DNA of 63,868 nt, counting the filler, from Blastocystis sp. subtype 4 (Eukaryota), in assembly GCF_000743755.1 (NCBI RefSeq). It is 12 parts of 12 records of this genome, joined end to end, with 100 filler letters (N's around TTAATTAATTAA, not from the genome) between each part and the next. Parts side by side here need not be neighbours in the genome. Positions count along the whole stretch, not along the records: positions 10,313 to 15,391 come from NW_014569067.1; positions 15,492 to 24,008 come from NW_014569066.1; 10 more parts are not named here. One strand, given 5' to 3'. Every line of letters begins with the position of its first letter. Position 1 is the stretch's first letter. The notes beneath the pieces were generated by a model. The model had not been told where the DNA came from and did no database searches. It saw only the letters and a list, made by a program, of their open reading frames with translations. The position numbers and the translations under genes were made by a program. Below are positions 12,150 to 24,108 of this stretch, piece after piece.

Positions 12150-13231
12150 TCCATTTGTTTGTTCAAATACAAAGATGATTGATTTCTAGACCTATAAGTG
12201 ATTATCCACTAAATGTGTTGTTCTGTTGTGTGTAGAGTCGAGATCAGACAATCAACTGATGATGTGATTCATTGTATGATACCAACATAATGAATAGGGA
12301 TAATCTGTGAATCTTGAATTCTCAAGTTGAGTGATAATATGACTGTTTCTGAAGAGATTATGATGAATGATAACAGAAGATGTGGTAGTAGGAAGTGATT
12401 AGTTGAAGAGGTCATGAGACATCATATTCATAATACAAATGGAATCATTTGTTGTTTCCCACCTCATAACAGCATTTGTATAAGAGAATGAAGTACAAAA
12501 ATGATGTAATGATAATGGAATGATGGATATAGATGAGATGATGATGATAACAGGATTACAAACAATCACTAACAATGTCAAAATGCATACACTAGATGAT
12601 AGTATGTGAAGATATTGAATGGTATATGTGAGTAGAGATAATCCCTTCAAAGAATGATCTCAACACATACAACTTCCATTCATTGATCCTCCCTCAGATT
12701 GTTCAATTGTTCTATTGATATGATAACAAACAAAAAGGAGATATCATCCGAATTGGAGTTAGGAATGGTGATGAGGATGGACAAAGTGTCACAAACATCG
12801 TATTACCATCCCTTTGATCAGATTGGATGAATCCATGAGGGATCAGAATACATGAACTCAATACAAGATAGAGACAAATACAATACAATCTGGAATCAAC
12901 AAGAGTAGATTGAAGAAATCCAAGGAATGAGTGAAATGAAATGTAAGAGAAGCCATATCTGTTCTGACTTCATTGATGCATTTTGCCTTTGAATGAAGAT
13001 GAAGAACTGTATTCGATTAAGTGAATAAGTGATAAGTACTTTGATAGCAGATGGTGAATGAGATTGAGTGAATGATATAGTTGATATCATTCCAGATAAT
13101 ATCGATTTGACAATCAATAGTGTTGTAGTGAAGATCGATATCACTTCACATACTTGTGATAATCATTTCATTATTGTGTGAATCAATAGATATCTCTTTT
13201 AGTAATCATGTTTGTAACAAACTCATCATAC

Positions 13232-13360
13232 TTATGCCTTTCTTCTGAAACAGCTCTGACAGTCACCATTTCCACAAACATGAACCACACATACAGGTCT
13301 TCCACAAGAGCGACAAGGACGAACAGATTGAGTATTTCCACAGAACGAACAAGAAGGCAT
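13232..13360 (-). CDS. 42-aa Cys/His-rich putative zinc-binding microprotein
   Basis: MPSCSFCGNTQSVRPCRSCGRPVCVVHVCGNGDCQSCFRRKA. Confidence 0.5.
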   Translation of the reverse strand: MPSCSFCGNTQSVRPCRSCGRPVCVVHVCGNGDCQSCFRRKA

Positions 13361-13499
13361 TGAATGAAAGTGAGTGAAATAGAATATGATGAACCCAGTA
13401 AAGATGATGAAACTGGATTGTTGATAATGAATATAATTGATTGGATGATCCAATCTTAATTTGTTATTCATGTCACTAATGAACAGACTACTATTCAGT

Positions 13500-14670
13500 A
13501 GTAGTATTCACTGAAACATCATACAAGCAAGACTGAAGTCTGAAATGTGAAAGGGAGAGAAAGAATGAAGTATCTTCTTTCATTACTCGCTAACGATTTA
13601 AATCACCTAGAATACTCAATAGTGATGATTCACAACAAGAATCAAGTACTTCCACATCAATTTGGATTCATATTCCATCAGTTTCAATCATCATTTAACA
13701 TCATTACTTCATATTCACTAACTTCATCTCTCTTAATCATATCATTCAATGGACCACATCAATTGGATAGAAAAGGAGATTCAAAGGATTCAATACAACC
13801 AAAGAGTATTCAATCAAAAGGAAATCACACTTCATGAAGGAAAACCAAACAAACATATCACAACAATCCTTTTCATTGTAAGTATCTCAATTTCGCTGTT
13901 TCAATGTCCTTATCACTTAACGAAGAGACTGGAATATCCTCCTTCTTCTCTTCCTTCTCAATCTTCTCTCCTTTTGTTCTATACAATACCAATTCACTTC
14001 CTACACTCAATTTCACATCCTTCAGACCTCGAATTCGCTTCAATTGTTTCACTACTGCCTCTTCTGGCACTTCACAACAACTACGGAATCAACTATGAGT
14101 CATTGCTACTACTACACATCATTCTCTTTCTCTTCTCATACTTCTCCATACACAATATATCGTGGATAGTTGTTTCTGATCACCAGAGAACATGAAGGAT
14201 GGAACTCTCCAATTCGTGTTCCTCCATTATCGTGAAGATCAATCAACGTACGATAGTAATGATTGGAGCATCTTGGTGCCAGTGATAACACACATCCCTC
14301 ACAAAGAGCATATTGGAGTGATGTGAGAGTGTCTAGATGAGATTGATGTTGATCCTTGTTGTTGTCACTCTCTCTCTTCATTCTTTCTCCTTCATCTTCA
14401 CCTCTTCTTCCATTTCCATTCTATCTCACACCTGTCTTTAAGGATTTCTCCACTATTTCTTGTAACTCTCCATTGATATTCACTGCCATACGTAAACAAC
14501 GATAATGAACACCATTCTCCTTACACCACCATGATCGATTCTCTTCATGATTCACAAACTTCATGTATCTACACATCCATTCCCTTCTCTCATCCTACAC
14601 ATTCAAATATCTCAACTGATCTCCCAAATCTGATACAAATCGATGTTGTCGAGTAGAATCCTTTGACCTG
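13500..14670 (-). pseudogene. 5'-truncated DEAH-box helicase C-terminal region (HA2 + OB fold)
   Basis: GDQLRYLNV..WCKENGVHYRCLRMAVNI and FHPSCSL..PRYIVYGEV; no ATPase core upstream. Confidence 0.6.
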
Positions 14671-14753
14671 ATTCATGTCTCTCTTGTTCTGAGGACACAC
14701 TCTATGAATTGAGTGTTTATGTCATTGAGTGTTGATTTACTAGTTTGATCACA

Positions 14754-15302
14754 TCACAAACAGATACAACTGAATAGATGGTTACTAATACAGATTTGAG
14801 ATGTATTACGATGAATGAGAAGGAATTGGATTATCATAAACTGTGATATTGGATAACATGTTAGGAGGATTATCAACTGGAACAGATGATTTGTTGGTTT
14901 GAGGAGTATGATTTGAGTTGGTTTGATATGAGATTGGAAGCTTCCGAGACGATACAAATGTATATGAGACTTCTTTCGAATGATAACAAGAACAATGAGA
15001 ATGAGAATGATAAGAATAGCAAGAGAGATGAGAATGATAGTGAGAGTGGATAGAGCATTGACAGTAAAGGATAGTTGAGTTTGAATGAATCCGAGTTGAT
15101 TGGAAGCCTGAATAGTGATAGATGTAGATGGGAATGTAGATGAAGGAATACCAGAAATGATTCCAGTTGATTGATTGAGAGAGAGACCAGGAGGAAGAGT
15201 TCCTGAAGTGATTGTGAATAGAGGATTGTCTCCTGAAATGATTGGAGAGATTGAGAAAGATTGTCCTTTGATGAGAGTGAATGAGAATAAATAGTAACCC
15301 AT
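14754..15302 (-). CDS. Putative Ig (He_PIG-like) domain + TM fragment
   Basis: SGTLPPGLSLNQSTGIISGIP followed by a hydrophobic helix. Confidence 0.6.
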   Translation of the reverse strand: MGYYLFSFTLIKGQSFSISPIISGDNPLFTITSGTLPPGLSLNQSTGIISGIPSSTFPSTSITIQASNQLGFIQTQLSFTVNALSTLTIILISLAILIILILIVLVIIRKKSHIHLYRLGSFQSHIKPTQIILLKPTNHLFQLIILLTCYPISQFMIIQFLLIHRNTSQICISNHLFSCICL

Positions 15303-15491
15303 AATGAAAAAGATAATAAAAAGAGAGTATGTTTAAATAGTAGTTGATGTTATAAGGGGATTAAGGGGTAAAGATACTAGTTGATTAATGTNNNNNNNNN
15401 NNNNNNNNNNNNNNNNNNNNNNNNNNNNNNNNNNNTTAATTAATTAANNNNNNNNNNNNNNNNNNNNNNNNNNNNNNNNNNNNNNNNNNNN

Positions 15492-15615
15492 AGGAGTTCG
15501 TATGAGTGATTTGCGTTCGGTTCAGTTTGATGTGCGTGATCGTCATGGTGAAGTAGTATCAATCGCTTCAGACATCTACATCAACATCCGATTGAATGTG
15601 AACGGAAAGGTTTAA
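15492..15615 (+). CDS. C-terminus of Polinton/PLV-type minor capsid (penton)-like protein
   Basis: GVRMSDLRSVQFDVRDRHGEVVSIASDIYINIRLNVNGKV*; homologous to 29965-30085, 46330-46677 and 49590-49942. Confidence 0.6.
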
Positions 15616-15648
15616 TTTAATCTACGATTAAATAGCTGCTATGCAGCT
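15615..15648 (+). terminator. Double hairpin directly after the penton-like stop codon
   Basis: ATTTAATC-TAC-GATTAAAT then AGCTGC-TAT-GCAGCT; a terminator role is inferred only. Confidence 0.4.
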
Positions 15649-15689
15649 TAATGGGAAGGTTTAAGCTGTTGATTATTCACTTTGTGTGA

Positions 15690-16514
15690 GGAGTAGTTTT
15701 GGAGTAGGTTCAAAAATACAACCTACTCCACATTTCATTCAAAAAGGCTCATTAAATGGCTTATTTATAGGGATTAAATCATTTTGGAGTAGGAGGAGTA
15801 GGAAGAGTAGGTTGAAAATTCAATTTGACAAAATGTTTTGGTAGAATTCTTCTTAAGAAATAGAAAACCAACCTACTCCAACATCAAATAATCCTCATAA
15901 TCAAGCTAATTTATGGGCTATTCTAAAGGAATTTGGAGTAGGTTTGATATTTGAGACTACTCTTGAAACCTACTCCAAGTTTCTCCAACCAATATGTAAT
16001 CGATTATACTAATCCCTAATAACAAGGATATGTTGAATAGTTGCTCCGCAGTTGCTCTGCAACCATTGATCTTTGATCAATTCGTTTAATGTGTTAAACT
16101 CCAAATTCTCCACTTCACTTCATTTCTCAAAAGTCTTTAAAGATCGACACCCATGCCCATTTATCAACACCCTTAAAACATCCTGCTAAATCTATTTGTT
16201 ACCCCATAATAAGTACCGATTATATTCTTGCATATATAACTGAATACAATCATGGTACTATTGAGTCATTACTTAACAACTATCTCCCGTATTTCTATTC
16301 AGTTATATGAACACCAAAATTAGACCATATTTTGGTCACAGTTTTAGCGTTTGTTCGTCACCCTGTTTACGGCACCATCATTTGTGTCAGAAAGTTTGTT
16401 TTACTTTGTTCATACCATTTAACTGATTACTTAACCATTTTGCACACATTTATTGCGTCAGCTCAAGGAGGTGCGGCGCCGCGCCCTCCGCAGAGCATGC
16501 ACGGCCTCAGGCCT
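15690..16514 (+). mobile_element. Repeat A copy (GGAGTAGG iteron array + terminal GC hairpin)
   Basis: Many GGAGTAGG/CCTACTCC words; ends GCGTCAGCTCAAGGAGG...GGCCTCAGGCCT. Confidence 0.9.
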
Positions 16515-16657
16515 CAACTCATTTTAATGTAACATTCGTCAATTACTACTTGAATAAAAGTGTCTGGGTTAAGTAGCTGTATGATTCTTATTGTTAATGT
16601 GGCAATCAATTACTCTCACAAAACAGAAGAATAACTCAGGATACTACTTCAACACTC

Positions 16658-19600
16658 TTACTCTTGAGGATCATACTTGTTCATCAATACGTTCGCTTTC
16701 TTTATGAATAACTCGTCTCGTTCAACAAGATTTCCATATTCTAGTTCGCTGTTCTTACCACCAAATCCGCGTACTAAATTGTATTTACCTTTTCCTGTGT
16801 GTGTCATGTTTGCCATTTTGCGAGCTTCTTCTTTGGGATCTGCTTTCTTGAACAGTACTCTGCCTTTTGCCTTGCCACCTTCCCACATATCATTTGCGAA
16901 GTCTTTAACCTTTTCAACCGTTGTCTGTTTCTGTATCGTATCTTTGTGGGCTTCAATATCCATTTCCAATGCTTTTATACAGTTCTTCAATGCAATAGTA
17001 CATTTGTTCACTTCTTCCCATGGAGTCATGTTGTTTTCTGGATTCACTTTTTGATCTCTTATATCCTTTCCACCAAAATGGGATGCATATTCAAGTTGTT
17101 GAAGATCTCTGACCAGTTTTCTTGTATCATCCACGTATTCTCTCACAATGAAGTAGGCTTGAAGTGTTTTGGATACATTATCTCATGATTAGTCACTCAT
17201 GATTCCATTACCATATGAAGGAGTGTCACTCTTCCAGAAAGGTCCTCCTCCGTTCTTGGGTACTCTCAATGAAACCGAATCAAGAGCTGGAACATCTACT
17301 TTTCATATTGCCACCATATTACTACTTTTAATCCAAACAGTTCTTGGATTCTCAAAAGAACCAGACTCACTGACGGACTGAATCACTTTGAATTCTGGAA
17401 GACCTACATGTTTTAATAACCTAAATGCTACAATTCAGTAGAAGAGAACATGAATAATCCTGAGCACCATACAAGGCTTTCTCCCCCAAGTAAAGCGTAC
17501 GCAGACTGTCCAAACCTAGTTGACACTAATACTTCTTCTCCTACTGTCCAAAACCGTTTCAGTTGAATGGTAGAAGGATTCACCTCCAAGATCGATCGTC
17601 TTCAGCGATGGCAAATCTATGATCAACAGTGGATTAAATATGAACTCCTCAATATGAAGGAAGCATGATAAAAGTTGCATGATTTCTTGTGTCTGTCACC
17701 AATTGTCAGATGTTGAAGGTTATCAAGATCTTCCAGAATGAACTCTCCGTAATCACTGAAACTGAAACGACCAATTGAAATCGTATCCAACGACTTGCAT
17801 TCGGTGATGGAGAATGATTTTCCTTCATCGCCTCCTCCATTTGGAGATTCGGTAAATGAGTTATCTCCTATCTCTACAGTCTCTAATAAAGGAAGATTAG
17901 ACAATTCAAAAGATTTGACTCTCAAACAACAACCGTCTCTAATAATAACGTGTTTCAACTGGAGGTATATATTGTTCCACTTAAATGACATCAATTCAGT
18001 GCAGCTATTGTCTTCAACGTAAAGAATGGTCACCTTCTCAGTGACCTTCTTTTTCCCATCGTAAGTAACCTTTAATCCATTCTTATCAATAACATCATTA
18101 TGCTTCTTCATCGATTCCTCGATTATCTTCTCGATCTCTTTTTCCAAGGTGTCAGTTAACAATGTTTCTTTACCATCCACTAGATGAGTCGCACTTTTGC
18201 ACTTCTCTTCAAAACCCTTCATTGCTTCATATTTGATTTTGTTCAATTTGACTGCAAACTCCTCACTATCCATGCTATCATCTGAAATGATGTTATCTGC
18301 TTCCTTCTTGAAACTCTACACAACACTACTCAAATAACACAATACATNTCCTTCAATGTCAATGGTCTTCTGCAGGTGCTCTCTGTATCGAGTTTGCAGT
18401 TTATCACTGCCCTTCTTCTTCTCTTCAAACAACTTCCATGCAATATCATTGGCCTTCTTATGGATTGCTTCCAAGTCAGTATTGCCATACACCATATCTG
18501 GGCGAATTCTCTTATTCATTTCTCGTTTATACATCTACTACTTAATTGAATATCATTCACCAACCTCACAACATTCATCAACAAGCTGACTCAGCTTTGC
18601 CATATACAGATTGTCCATGATGCTATTCGTATCTGGGAAATGCTTTTGTTCCATAAACAAATGAGCTTGTTGAACTGCAAATCTACTCTTAATATCGTTT
18701 CATTCACTCACTCAACAAATGTTTTGACAGTGATTGTTTCACCTCCAATCTTTCTTGGTTCAATTCCTTTTCTCACTCCATCACCTTGAATCACTCGATC
18801 AATGTAGTAACTCAACATTTGCATAAACTGAGGTTTGATTTCAGATATGGATCCTTCATAATCCAAATTCATAACATCTTCTCCAGGAGAAGGAAAACAG
18901 AACATATCGAATTCATTAAAGCATTCCTCAATCTCTTTCACTTTGAATGCATCTTATTCAGTCTATTTATACCCAATTGAATTCCTTGCTCAATACTAGT
19001 TCTCTTACCGTAGTTTTCAAAATCACGAAGGAGAAAGTCCAGATGCTGAAATGGTTTACCATCCTTCTTAGATACTTCCTTACTAAACTTGGAAAGAACA
19101 GAGAATTTCTTCAATTGATCTGTATTCATATTGCCCTTCTGATTGAAGATTGCATATGAAGATATAAGAGAACTCAACCCGAAAATACTGCAATTGAACT
19201 CATTCTTTGTATCTAAATCCCATAATCCTTGAGTGTCCATCAACAGAATGCAGATCCTCTCTCCATTCTTTCGAGTGATAACAAAAGGCTTATTCCAAAA
19301 CAAGATTCCTCGAGTATTCCTTTCTGTTCCAGGGCTGATTGATTTGATGTTTGACTTCTTCGTTTCGACATTCTCCATTGTGTCAAAGTCTTTAATCTTA
19401 TTGCCTTCTGCTAACATCCATCGTGGAATACCATTGTCAGTTAATGTCATATCCACATGACCTTTCTCTATGGTTTACGAACCGTATTGATGTCTCACTT
19501 CTGAGTTGTTCTAAATAGAGATTCAAGAAGTACAGAAAGAAGGATTTCCCACTTCGAGAAGGACCCATAATACAAAGAACTCCCACAGGAAGGTCTTCAT

Positions 19601-19745
19601 CTACCTGTGCTTCAACTCCACATCATTCCACTACCTCTGAGAATAACCCATTCAAAGACTTGTCTTTCACTTTATACGACTCCCCCTTTTCTTCAATGAA
19701 CTAAAACTCATAGAAACAAGTCATCCTGACCTGTAAATCAGACAT
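16658..19745 (-). CDS. Atlastin/GBP-like GTPase - helical - LRR - coiled-coil fusion protein 1, multi-exon
   Basis: ATG 19745; GPSRSGKS (P-loop), TRGILFW, LLMDTQG, FLLRDF; LRR exons (LPLLETVEIGDNSF). Confidence 0.8.
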
Positions 19746-19844
19746 GAGGCAAATTAATTATGACCATTCACTGGTTCTTAATAATTTGTTAATACTTCCG
19801 CGGATATATCACTCATTCAGAATCATCCAATCATCAGTGTCAAC

Positions 19845-19870
19845 AGTAGTAGTAGATTGACACATGTTAC
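19845..19870 (+). mobile_element. Repeat C terminus (Polinton-like AGTAGTAG end) at an insertion junction
   Basis: AGTAGTAGTAGATTGACACATGTTAC matches AGTAGTAGTGTTTTGACGCATGTTAC at 43938. Confidence 0.65.
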
Positions 19871-19871
19871 A

Positions 19872-20640
19872 AGGCCTGAGGCCAAGTATGCACCTCCTTG
19901 AGCTGACGCAACAAATGTGTGCAAAATGGTTAAGTAAACAGTCAAATGGTATGAATAAAGTAAAACAAACTTTCTAATACTAATGATGGTGCAGTAAACA
20001 TCGTGACGAACAAACGCTAAAACTGTGACCAAAAATTTGGTCTAATTTTGCTGTTCATATAACTGGATAGAAACACGGGAGATGGTTGTTAAGTAATGTG
20101 TCAATAATACCGTGATTGTATTCAGTTATATACGCACGAATTTATTTGGAGTTTATTATGGGGTAACAAATTGATTTAGCAGGATTGTTTTAAGGATGTT
20201 GATGTTTAAAGACTTTTGAGAAATGAAGTAAATTGGAGAATTCGGATTATTCAACCAATGGATGATACCATTGTTATTAGGGATTAGTATAATCGATTAC
20301 ATATTGATTAGTTCATTATGAGATTAACAATAATGGAGTAGGTTTCAAGAGTAGTCTCAAATTTCAAACCTACTCCAAATTCCTTTAGAATAGCCCATAA
20401 ATGAGCTTGATTATGAGGATTATTTGTTGTTGGAGTAGGTGGAGTAGGTTGGTTATTCTATTTCTTAAGAATTCTATCAAAACTTTTTGTCTAATTGAAA
20501 TTTCAACCTACTCTTCCTACTCCTCCTACTCCAAAATGAATGAATCCTATAATCAAGCCATTTAATGAGCCTTTTTGAAGGTAATTTGGAGTAGTATTTT
20601 TGAACCTACTCCAAAACTACTCCAAAACTACTCCAACAAA
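19872..20640 (-). mobile_element. Repeat A copy, directly downstream of the primase-helicase gene
   Basis: Inverted homolog of 15690-16514; hairpin partly deleted. Confidence 0.9.
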
Positions 20641-20694
20641 TCATGATTATATAAAGCATAGCTTCCAAAGTAAAATAGAATCACATATTCATTA

Positions 20695-23600
20695 TCAAAC
20701 TTCACAATCACATACATGCAACAAGTTATAGACCACAAGATTATTACATTTTGTCGGACATTTTCTTATATACTGTGGATACTTCGATAGTTCTAACATG
20801 AATGATTTTGCACTTAGTTTATATCCATTATGATAGCTGCAACAGTAACTGTTAAACGCTTGTCCCAGACTTTTTGCAGGAATCATATATCCCTCAGTAA
20901 TGTATCTGATTGCTCTTCTTTGCTTATATTTTGACGTACAATACACATCAATCTCCGTGTCATCTTCAGATAATTGTTGAAGCCATTCTTCAACTGGATC
21001 AACAGATGCATCAATAATGTTCTGCATATATTCAGTGTCTTGGATTTCCAAGATATCTTCATCTGTGTATCTGACTTTGTTAAAGTAATTGTACAAACCA
21101 TGGCTGCTTCTTCCAAACATCGATTGTCTTAGCAAAGAAAGGCTGAGTGATGTATTGATCAGGCATGAAGTTTAAAGCACTAAATGCATTAATTCGAGCA
21201 TTACCATTAGCAACATCAAATGAAAATCCATTTGCATTGTTTGTTGTAGCAATGATTCGACTACGCATTGTGTATGTATAAGCTTGAATGTTCTTTCTGT
21301 TAGCAACCCTGTGTTTAGTACCATCAATGTAACTCTTCATCACATCAACGATATCTTTGCCAAATTCGGAAGCACGAGCTTCATTGATGTTCACAAGCAA
21401 TGTATTCTCAAATGGAACTCGATGAGCTCCAAGCAAATCATCCCTATTATTACATTCAACCACATATTCATCACCAATTATCTGACTGATCATTTTGATC
21501 AACAATCCTTTGCCTTGTCTGCATCTACTGTAGAATAGAATGCCAACAGGCAACAAATTAGCAGGATCTTGAATCATTTGAGCTACAAACTTCTTCACAT
21601 ATTCACAATATAATATATCACCAGAAATGTTGAGCATTGCCAAGATATAGATTCTCATGAATATAGGATGAAAGTTGATGTACATCTTCATCTGATCTGT
21701 TAACGCAGGAATCATGTCCATGAAATCATTGATCATAGGTACATATTCAGATAGATCAGGAACAGGATCAGTTGAACGAATATCTGGATTGTATCCTTTG
21801 AATGTGTTAAGCACTTTCTCACCAGTTGAAGGATCTCGTATCACTTCAACTGAACCACCACCAACTTTGTTGCATGGAATGAAATCTGCTCTGTTAGCAA
21901 CTCTTCTGATATTGAAATATGCATTGATAGCATCAATAGTTGGTTCTTTTGGTCCCTTGATGTCTTTGTCTTCGAAATATGATCTTGTCCCATAGATCTT
22001 ACCGATATTCTTCCATGTACCAACAATATCACTGTTTCGTTCAATATGTCCATTCACATAGCATGAATTGACAGGCGTTTGTAAGAACACAATTCGCTGT
22101 GATAGATAGCTCTTAATAATACTGATTGTCTTATTTCTATCTTTCCTATACTCATCTTCACTATCATAAGCACCAACACCTGGCTTCTTCATGTATCTCT
22201 TACAGATCTTCATTAATACCCAATCCTGAACAATCGGAAGATCTGCATCTCCACGCATGACCTCAGTATCATCATCAATTTCGTCATCACTGAAATCACA
22301 AATCGCATTCAAATCATATCTTCCATATTTCTCAGAACAGAAATCATCATAGAATGAAGGATTTGTATCTTTCACAATCTTCATCACAGTACCCATTGTA
22401 TAGATTTGATCTCGATCTGTCTTATATCCATTGTAGTATGTTTGTCTGAATGAATCAATATCATTGTTCTTAGGACGTCCAATGATTTGATTCCATTTCT
22501 CACAAACAATCTCATAACAGCCCATCCTTCATCATAATCATCTGTATCTTCAAAGTTTCTTGCAACTGCAGTGATTATAGGCAATTTGATTGTAGTATAG
22601 ATTCCTTCTGTAATAACACTGTAGTATAGATTCCTTCTGTAATAACACTATCAGGAATATGATCAAGCAGATCACGAACTTCTTTAACTGTGAACTTTTG
22701 ATGCTCTTCATTGTTTGATATTTCATCATGCTCTGTATTGTTTTTAACATCGTTAACACAGCTGTAAGCTGTGTTTAAAGATGGTTGTACTTGTTTGATA
22801 TTATCATTTGATGATGGAGGTTCAGGAAGTGTAAATCCTTCAGGAAGTTTAAAGGGTAAAATCTTGTTCTTATCAAAATCACTAAACACTGGTTGATCAG
22901 AATAATCAACATATTCATCTCTCAAAATGCAATCTGTGTATTTTGAATAATCAGCATCACCAAATTCTTTATCACCCAATTCAACGATATCAAATGATGA
23001 ACTAGTATAACTATCTTCTTCCATATCATAACATAGATACATATGACTTTCAGGCTTACAACTTCCATCTATCCAAAACACTCGTTTAGCGCCAAACATA
23101 CATTTATCAACAATTCTTTCAACATTGCCATAGAAGATCTTCTTAACTTCAATATCATTGATGATGTAGTTATATGTTGCTTCACGATGTTCATCATCTG
23201 TAAGTGCTTCAAGAATAATATGTGCTCCATGCTTATAGAGTTGCTTTGCAACATTTTGAGTGCTACTCAAATCTCCACATTGATATGGTGGTCTGATATA
23301 CAGATTGCTGTTGGTAGAGAACATTTCACACAATCGCTTATTGAATTGTTTGAATTGTTCTATTGGAACATCTTCAGATCCATTAGAATAATCCAGATCA
23401 ATACAAATCTTTCTTTTGCCTGTAAGAACAATACCAACAGCTACTGTATTTGTATATTCAATATCACAGTAATCTGCATGCCATTTGATAGCATACTGGA
23501 TAGATAGATTGTTGAAGAATTCATTCTTATCGTTTGGAACGTAAAATCCCATAGGGACTAGTTGTTTGTTGGGAGTACCATACCATACACACGAACATAG

Positions 23601-23758
23601 AATTGATGTTTATCTATTACAGTTTTTGGTTCACTCTTATAATAACATCCATTATTCCCATTTAAAAAGGAATGTAGATAATTAATTAGAGGATTTGCAA
23701 TTTGTTTTTCTTTGCTATTAGTAGGATTAATCGTTGTTCTATCAATTGTATCGCTCAT
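20695..23758 (-). pseudogene. Viral-type AEP primase - SF3 (D5-like) helicase - C-terminal winged-helix fusion, about 1000 aa, intronless, at least four frameshifts
   Basis: KICIDLDY, KHGAHII, VDKCMF..WIDGSCKP (AEP); VLNTFKGY, SRCRQGKG (Walker A), VNINEA (Walker B), IIATTNN (motif C); IPAKSLGQAFNSYC..SAKSF. Confidence 0.85.
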
Positions 23759-23859
23759 TTACTTATAGTGGAATAATCTATTAATTGATTATTTCACTTA
23801 GAATTTGATGATTTAGTTTTGATTCACAAAGTGACTGCAAATCTATGATTTGCTGGGTA

Positions 23860-24008
23860 GTTAGTGTAGTAGTTAGTATAGTAGGTTACAAAGAAGTAGG
23901 CTACTACACTTAATCCCTCATAAACAAGCTTGATTATGGGGGTATTCTTTAATTTATGAGGGTTTAACTGACTTGTTTATGAAGGTGTAGTAGGTGTAGT
24001 AGCCTGTT
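23860..24008. promoter_or_regulatory. Second iteron array (GTAGTAG type) upstream of the primase gene, cut by contig end
   Basis: GTAGTAGG/CTACTAC words around the scaffold CCTCATAAACAAGCTTGATTATGGG shared with repeat A. Confidence 0.6.
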
Positions 24009-24108
24009 NNNNNNNNNNNNNNNNNNNNNNNNNNNNNNNNNNNNNNNNNNNNTTAATTAATTAANNNNNNNNNNNNNNNNNNNNNNNNNNNNNNNNNNNN
24101 NNNNNNNN

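Noticed and set aside
12340..13160. Possible degraded gene
   Set aside because: No recognisable motif or consistent exon structure
15690..15990. GGAGTAGG arrays as a CRISPR array or telomere
   Set aside because: Irregular spacing, both orientations, 8-bp word, conserved rather than unique spacers, no cas genes
15690..20640. A copies as TIRs of a transposon carrying GTPase-LRR gene 1
   Set aside because: The hairpin ends face the gene while the iteron sides connect outward to penton and primase sequence; the empty allele places the gene outside the element
22384..22650. Programmed frameshifting or introns in the primase gene
   Set aside because: Two of the breaks are exact tandem duplications, so decay is the simpler explanation
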